DNA of 64,000 nt, taken from positions 9,982,001 to 10,046,000 of the forward strand of contig OZ024754.1 in assembly GCA_964016885.1 (NCBI GenBank), in the 5' to 3' direction. This DNA comes from Eledone cirrhosa (taxonomy: Eukaryota). Below are positions 55,601 through 64,000 of the stretch, piece after piece; the first letter of the stretch is position 1, and the number at the start of each line of letters is the position of its first letter. A program made the position numbers and the translations under genes. The notes beneath the pieces are model-generated. The model worked only from the letters and a program-made list of their open reading frames with translations, had not been told where the DNA came from and made no database searches.

Positions 55601-57475
55601 TAGGAAAACCATTCAAGATGTGTATGACGAAAAAGAAGACGATTTAGAGATGTATGACATAGATAATGACTGGAATTTCTTACGTGACAACTTGCTGCAG
55701 ACTACTGATGACACTTGTGGCTGGAGTAGAGCTCCAGCCAGACAGAGAGCGACCTGGTGGTGGAACAGCACAGTAGATAGGGCGATTAGAGACAAAAGAC
55801 TAGCATGGAAGGCTTGGAAAAAGGGTGGGAGTAGGGAAGAATATACAGCCACTAAGAGAGAAGCTAGACGTCAGGTGTACTTAGCACGCAGGGAGGCTGA
55901 GAGTAGGAGGTTTGCCAATGTTCTGCGACGGGAAGATCAGAGGCGTGCGGTGTTCCACATAGCAAGGCAGTGTGTCAATGCAAATCAGGATGTTGTTGGA
56001 GATAAATGTGTCCGGGATGATGCCGGTGTACTTAGTGTCACGAATGATCAGAAAAAGGAGGCCTGGAAATGTCATTATGAGAGACTGATGAATGTGGAGA
56101 ACAATGGGAGAGAGAGAAATTACCCTCAGTAGATCCGACAGAGGGACCAGCTATTGAGATTGACGAATATAGGGTCCAAGAGGCGATTAAGGAAATGAAA
56201 AATGGTAAGGCTGCTGGACCGTCGGGGATAGTTGCTGAGATGTTGAAGGCATCAGGGGATGTAGGCACTAAACTGGTTGCACGCATCATCAATCAGGCTA
56301 TATATGGTGGTGTCATACCCAAAGACTGGTGCAGCAGTATTCTCATAAATTGCTACAAAGGTAAAGGGGATATGCTGGAGAGGAGCATTTATAGGGGTAT
56401 AAAACTGATGGATCAGGTTATGAAAGTGGCAGAAAGGATATTAGCAAAACTAATTAGAGAAAGGGTTAAACTAAATGAGATGCAGTTTGGTTTTGTGCCT
56501 GGGAAAAGTACAACAGATGCGCTCTTCCTGGTGAGACAATTACAAGAGAGGTTCTTAGAGAAGAATAAGCCACTATACTTAGCTATAACCTAGCTAAGAC
56601 AAAAGTGTTGATGAGTAGAAAAGAGGAAAAAACTCTGATTCCGTCAGGGAAATGGCCATGTTCGATATGTAGAAAAAGAACTGGCATAAATTCTATAAAA
56701 TGCACACAATGCAGATCCTGGGTAGACAAGAGATGTAGTGGGATAGCAGGCAAACTAACAAGTAGAGAGAAATACGTATGCAGTAGATGTACAGGGAAAT
56801 TAGACAATAGAAGTCGCATTGATAGACACATTTTTTAAATGGAGGTGGGTGCTATAGAAGTGGTGGATAGCTTCCGGTACCTAGGAGATCAGATTAGCAT
56901 GGAAGAGGGGTGTTCCGAGGCCATAGTATCTAAAATAAGCACAGGTTGGAAGAAGTTTAGGGAGCTGCTTCCTCTGCTGATGAAGAAGGGTTTCTCCCTG
57001 CGTACGAAAGGCCGGTTATATGATGCCTGTGTGAAGAGCGCGATGCTGCATGGTAGTGAGACATGAGCAGCAACTGCAGAGGATATGCGATGGCTGGAGA
57101 GAAATGAGGCAAGCATGCTCCGTTGGATGTGCAATGTCAATGTGCGTGAACGACCCATCATGAATGTGTTGAGAGAGAAACTGTGTCTGAGAGGGATAGA
57201 ATGTAGTGTACGAGAGAGGAGACTGAGGTAGTATGGACATGTGATGCGCATGGAGGATGACCAATGGGTGAAGAAGTGCCAGGAAATGCCAGTTGAAGGA
57301 AGACGTGGTAAAGGTAGACCACAAAAAACATGGGCGGAGGTGGTGAGAACAGACCTCAGATCACTGAAGCTCACGGTGGAGATGACGAAGGACCGTGACA
57401 AGTGGAGAGATACTGAGCTGAATAAGACCTGTCCCACCCTTGCAAGCAGGGAAAAGCGGACGTAAAATGATGATG
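55601..57475 (+). mobile_element. 5'-truncated, decayed RTE-clade LINE with a PHD-like zinc finger in ORF2
   Basis: ORF2 pieces TWWWN, MKNGKAAGPSG, YRGIKLM, QFGFVPGKSTTDA, CSIC..CTQC..C..CSRC, FRYLGD, MLHGSET and RGKGRPQKTW; (GAT)n tail. Stops, frameshifts and a deleted RT core. Confidence 0.93.
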
Positions 57476-57483
57476 GTGTGTGT

Positions 57484-57557
<74 letters not shown>

Positions 57558-57664
57558 TGAGGGCGTCCGACTAAAGTAGAAGATGCTAGATGGTCAGTCG
57601 TCCTCTTGTCTATGATTTTCAGCCCCATGGATTTTATCTGTTATATTCCTTTGTTATATTTCGA

Positions 57665-57722
57665 ATACCTGATGATATCACCGGATTCATACGGAACCCG
57701 GTCATTGAAATGATCATAGTAT
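57665..57722 (+). ncRNA. Minimal hammerhead ribozyme motif followed by AATAAA
   Basis: atac-ctgatga-t atcaccgg..ccggtcat t-gaaa-tgatca-ta-gtat, then aataaa at 57723-57728. Palindromic stem III (ATGATCAT). Confidence 0.75.
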
Positions 57723-58086
57723 AATAAACCTTTCAAGGATTTACACAAGTCCAGCCTCCTGTTATTTTATTATAATATATATATAGAGAGAGAGAGAGGG
57801 GGGGGAGAAAGAGAGAATTGAAAGAGAAACAGAAGCTCCGGTGTAACAGAGACTATATAATATAGTCTAATATTTTCCTGTAGCACAAACGTAACAGAGG
57901 CTATAAACACATCTGTATATAAACAGCAATAACTCCTGACTGACTCAACCAATCATGGTGAAACAAGTATCTAGACACAGCCACGATCAGAACCAATATG
58001 TATCTATACATCAACTAGGTGCCATGTTACCATGTTGCACATAGGTAAACCAGTAACCCTACTTTTGGAACAAACCTCACATAAAT

Positions 58087-59555
58087 TGATGGCGATGATG
58101 GTGATGATGGGGATGATGGTGGTGGTGATGATGATGGTGGCGGTGATGATGATGATGGAGATGATGGTGGTGATGGTGGTGGTGGTGGTGGTTGTGATGA
58201 TGATGGTGGTGCTGGTGATGATGATGGTGGTGCTGGTGATGATGGCGGTGGTGGCATGATGATGGTGGCAGTGGTGATGATGATGGTGGTGGTAATGATG
58301 ATGATGATGGTGATGATGCTGGTAGTGGTGATGATGATGATGGTGATGATGCTGGTGATGATGCTGGTGGTGGTGGTGGTGATGGTGATGATGATGATCA
58401 TGGTGATCATGGTGGTGGTGGTGGTGATGATGATGGTGATGATGGTGGTGGTGGTGATGATGATGGTGGTGGTGGTGATGGTGGTGATGATGGTGATGAT
58501 GGTGGTGATGATGGTGGTGGTGGTGATGGTGGTGATGATGGTGGTGGTGGTGGTGATGATGATGGTGGTGATGGTGATGATGATGATGATGATGATGCAC
58601 ACCAAAAATCTCTGCAACCAGCCTCTGATGTTTCTAGATCATTACTTGTGTGCCCCAAAGACAGTTTCTCTGTAGTATTTGAAGTAGATAGAATGAGAGT
58701 GGTGCAATTGGAAAGAAACCTTAGTAGTTGGATAGTGGTGGTGGTGGTGGTGGTGATGGTGGTGGTGGTGGTGGTGGTGGTGGTAATGGCTGGTGGTGCT
58801 GATGGTGGTGGTGGTGGTAATGGCTGGTGGTGGTGGTGATGGTGGTGGTGGTGGTGGTGGTGGTGGTGGTGGTAATGGCTGGTGGTGCTGATGGTGGTGG
58901 TGGTGGTAATGGCTGGTGTTGATGGTGGTGGTGGTGGTAATGGCTGGTGGTGGTGGTGGTGGTGGTGGTGGTGATGGCTGGTGGTGCTGATGATGGTGGT
59001 AATGGCTGGTGGTGGTGGTGGTGGTGGACGTGGTGGTGGTAATGGCTGGTGGTGCTGATGGTGGTGGTGGTGGTAATGGCTGGTGGACGTGGTGATGGTG
59101 GTGGTAATGGCTGGTGGTGTTGATGGTGGTGGTGGTGGTAATGGCTGGTGGTGGTGGTGGTGGTGGTGGTGGTGGTGATGGCTGGTGGTGCTGATGGTGG
59201 TGGTGGTGGTAATGGCTGGTGGTGGTGGTGGTGGTGGTGGTGGTGGTGGTGATGGCTGGTGGTGCTGATGGTGGTGGTGGTGGTAATGGCTGGTGGTGGT
59301 GGTGGTGGTGATGGCTGGTGGTGCTGATGGTGGTGGTAATGGCTGGTGGTGATGGACGTGGTGGTGATGGTGGTAGTGCCGGTATTGGTGATGGTGGTGG
59401 TGGTGGTGGTGCTGGTATTGGTGATGGTGGTGGTGGTGGTGCTGGTATTGGTGATGGTGGTGGTGGTGGTGCTGGTATTGGTGGTGGTGGTAGTAGTGCT
59501 GGTATTGGTGGTGGTGGTAGTGGTGCTGGTAGTGGTGGTGGTGGTGGTGGTGGTC
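58087..59555. repeat. (GAT/GGT)n tracts
   Basis: Direct inspection. Confidence 0.95.
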
Positions 59556-59653
59556 TTTGTGGTTGTTTGGGAGGGGAAGAGAAGTTATAAATTGTTCTTT
59601 CCATTCTCGATACTCTCCAAAAGGAATTAAAACTGCGAAGCATGGTATATGTA

Positions 59654-59726
<73 letters not shown>

Positions 59727-59852
59727 ACTTATAATATTGCTGCTGGTGGTGGTGATTATATGAAAAGAGGGAAAATGAAAAATCTAAAAAAAAAAATACA
59801 ACACTGCCAGAGTTACATGGGAACAGATATTGATTTCAATGGAAACTATATC

Positions 59853-61887
59853 CTATATCAAGATAGACACACTAACTATATCAAGATAGACACACTAACT
59901 ATACCAAGATAGACACACTAACTATACCAAGATAGACACACTAACTATACCAAGATAGATACTAACTATACCAAGATAGACACACTAACTATACCAAGAC
60001 AGACACACTAACTATACCAAGACAGACACACTAACTATACCAAGACAGACACACTAACTATACCAAGACAGACACACTAACTATACCAAGACAGACACAC
60101 TAACTATACCAAGACAGACACACTAACTATACCAAGACAGACACACTAACTATACCAAGATAGACACACTAACTATACCAAGATAGATACACTAACTATA
60201 TCAAGACAGACAGATTAACTATACCAAGATAGACACACTAACTATACCAAGATAGACACACTAACTATACCAAGATAGACACACTAACTATACCAAGATA
60301 GACACACTAACTATACCAAGACAGACACACTAACTATATCAAGACAGACAGATTAACTATACCAAGATAGACACACTAACGATACCAAGACAGACACACT
60401 AACTATATCAAGACAGACAGATTAACTATACCAAGATAGACACACTAACGATACCAAGACAGACACACTAACTATATCAAGACAGACAGACTAACTATAC
60501 CAAGATAGACACACTAACGATACCAAGACAGACACACTAACTATACCAAGACAGACAGATTAACTATACCAAGACAGACACACTAACTATACCAAGACAG
60601 ACAGATTAACTATACCAAGATAGACACACTAACTATATCAAGATAGACACACTAACTATACCAAGACAGACAGATTAACTACACCAAGATAGACACACTA
60701 ACTATACCAAGATAGACACACTAACTATACCAAGACAGACACACTAACTATACCAAGACAGACACACTAACTATACCAAGACAGACACACTAACTATATC
60801 AAGACAGACAGATTAACTATACCAAGATAGACACACTAACTATACCAAGACAGACACACTAACTATACCAAGATAGACACACTAACTATACCAAGATAGA
60901 CACACTAACTATACCAAGACAGACAGACTAACTATATCAAGACAGACACACTAACTATACCAAGATAGACGCACTAACTATACCAAGACAGACAGACTAA
61001 CTATATGAAGACAGACACACTAACTATACCAAGACACACACACTAACTATACCAAGATAGACACACTAACTATACCAAGATAGACACACTAACTATACCA
61101 AGACAGACAGACTAACTATATCAAGATAGACACACTAACTATACCAAGATAGACAAACTAACTATACCAAGATAGACAGATTAACTATACCAAGATAGAC
61201 ACACTAACGATACCAAGACAGACACACTAACTATATCAAGACAGACAGACTAACTATACCAAGATAGACACACTAACTATACCAAGACAGACACACTAAC
61301 TATACCAAGATAGACAAACTAACTATACCAAGATAGACACACTAACTATACCAAGATAGACACACTAACTATATCAAGACAGACAGACTAACTATACTAA
61401 GATAGACACACTAACTATACCAAGATAGATACACTAACTATATCAAGACAGACAGATTAACTATACCAAGATAGACACACTAACTATACCAAGATAGACA
61501 CACTAACTATACCAAGATAGACACACTAACTATACCAAGATAGACACACTAACTATACCAAGATAGACACACTAACTATACCAAGATAGACACACTAACT
61601 ATACCAAGATAGACACACTAACTATACCAAGATAGACACACTAACTATACCAAGATAGACACACTAACTATACCAAGATAGACACACTAAATATACCAAA
61701 ATAGACACACTAACTATACCAAGATAGATACACTAACTATACCAAGATAGACGCACTAACTATACCAAGACAGACGCACTAACTATACCAAGACAGACGC
61801 ACTAACTATACCAAGACAGACACACTAACTATACCAAGATAGATACACTAACTATACCAAGACAGACAGACATACTAACTGTACCAA
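59853..61887. repeat. 23-bp minisatellite, about 88 copies
   Basis: Unit gatagacacactaactataccaa. Confidence 0.97.
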
Positions 61888-62864
61888 AATCTAATCATTT
61901 CCTTCAATTAAAAGTCTTTTTTTTTTTAATACAAAACAATAATCAAGAGAATGGAAGGAAAGAAAAGGAAAAGAATTTTGTACTTTTTCTCAAAAGTGTA
62001 CACATTTATTTATTTTTATAGTATGTTTTTATGTTTATTTCTTTTGTTGTTGTTTTTACCATTTACTCATCTATCTACCTATCTATCTGTTTATCTATCT
62101 ATCTGCTTATTTACTGAAAGGTGGGTGAATGAAGTGAAAATGGCCCGAGTGATTGGGCCTTCTCTGTTTATAAGCCTGTAGGTTGAGGAAGAGAGTAAAA
62201 GGAAGAAAGGAGCACTTGCACAACACGCTCCTAGAGTTGAGGGTTGTTCTATCGACGGGGTATTAAACAACCCATTTGTGGCGCCTCCCCTCTATTGGGA
62301 ATTTCGATTGTTGTAATTGTTTGTTTTTATATTTTTTACACGACTGTATGTAAAATCCCCGGCATGTCTTTGTATTGTCCCCTTTTCTTGTGCGCCCTTG
62401 TGGCTAATAAAGAAATATATCTGCTTATTTATCAATCTACCTACCTACCTACCTACCTATCTATACATCTTGCCCTTTCTTTCTTTTCAACATCAAATAA
62501 ATTAAAGGAAAGATATAGAGCAAAGATGGGAAGAATGAAAGGAATGAAAATAAAGGGCAAAAGGAAGAAAGAAGTAGTAGAAGGAAAGAGGAAGGAGAGA
62601 AGAATAGGAAGAAGAAAAGGGGGAGGGGCAAACGAATGAAAAGTGAAAAGTAAAGAATACAAGAAAAATACAAACAAAAAATAACATTATTGCAAATAAT
62701 ATAGTAACACAAGTATGTATGTGTGTGTGTATGCAAACACACACACACACACACATATATATAATATATATATATAGTGAAAAATTGAACGGAAACAAAA
62801 CAGAGAGGCAGTACGAGCAAAGGTTTATTAGTTTCACGCTCTTGAGAGTGGGTGGTTGTGGGGA

Positions 62865-62896
62865 ACGACGTTTCGGGCATAAGCCCTTCTTCAGGC
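62865..62896 (-). ncRNA. Minimal hammerhead motif with weak stem I
   Basis: GC-CUGAAGA-A GGGC UUAU GCCC-GAAA-CG-UC/GU. AATAAA follows on the same strand (tttatt at 62824-62829). Confidence 0.6.
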
Positions 62897-63561
62897 AAAA
62901 AGTGTGTGGGAAGAGAGTTACATGGGTGTGTAGGGGAGTGGTGGAGAGACATATAAAAAAAAGGGGGTGAGAGGAAACGGTACAAATGGAATTAAATATA
63001 AAAGCATAATAAAAATAAACATGAAGTAAAACAAGTGGGGGAAGGGTGGTGACAGGTGGAGTGGGGAGAGGGAGGCGGGGTGTCCGAGCGGGGAGGGCTG
63101 AGGGTGGTGTGTGGGTGTGTGTGTGTGTATGTGAAAGTTGGGGGAAGAACGGGGTTGCATGTTCAGGAAAAGGTGTGTGTGGGGTGGGGTGTAGGTTGGT
63201 GTGTGTGTGCGTGTGTGTGGATGGGGAGGGGTCAGAGGGGTGGGGGAGGGGTAGAGGATTCCGCAGGCTGAGTGTGTAAATATGTGGTGGTACGCACGTG
63301 TGTGTGGTGTTTATACGTGTTACATATATGCATATATATATATATATATATATACATAGATATACATAAATATATATGCATATAAATATACATATATATA
63401 TATACATATACATACATACATATATACATATACATACATACATATATACATATACATACATACATATATACATATATATACATACATATATACATATATA
63501 TACATACATATATACATATATATATACATATACATACATACATATATACGTATACATATAT

Positions 63562-63596
<35 letters not shown>

Positions 63597-63641
63597 CACA
63601 CATATATATATATATACACACACATATATATACACACACAC

Positions 63642-63697
<56 letters not shown>

Positions 63698-64000
63698 TTA
63701 AAGAGAACAAGCGAATAAAGAATTCAGATAGTGAAACATGGTGTGTGGGTGTGAGAGGGGGAGGGGGTGAATGCGAGGAAACAAAGAAGAGGAAGAGGAA
63801 GAAAAAAAAGAAAGCAACAAGAGTTAATAAAGACATGAAAAAAAAAACAAGTAGTTATGTGGTGGTGGGAGGGGGAGTGTCATATAAAGGCAACAGTACA
63901 TTAACAGTTAAATAGCTTCAGAGAACCAGTAGAGCAATTGGTTGCAATGACTCTTGCTGATGTCACAGACAATATACAAGCATACATACATGTGTGTGTA

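Overview
This is AT-rich, microsatellite-saturated eukaryotic DNA. The repeat landscape looks like octopus/cephalopod DNA, which is an inference from repeat style only. The window is almost entirely intronic sequence of one minus-strand gene, a Misshapen/MAP4K4-TNIK-MINK1 family kinase. Five exons splice in frame with GT-AG ends (46944-46820, 27106-26878, 21172-21107, 14940-14789, 883-820) and encode the end of the linker and the start of the CNH domain; the gene is open at both window ends. The introns hold tRNA-derived SINEs, decayed RTE and CR1 LINEs, a deleted DD37D mariner-like transposon, several MITEs, large minisatellites and long palindromes. The main hidden signal is a set of type-I hammerhead ribozyme motifs (CUGANGA...GAAA...UH) at about 8 loci in several dissimilar repeat contexts. 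They resemble Penelope-element/retrozyme hammerheads, usually lie next to (TA)n tracts, are sometimes folded back into palindromes, and several are on the strand transcribed by the kinase gene. Nearly all ORF-track entries are microsatellite artefacts.
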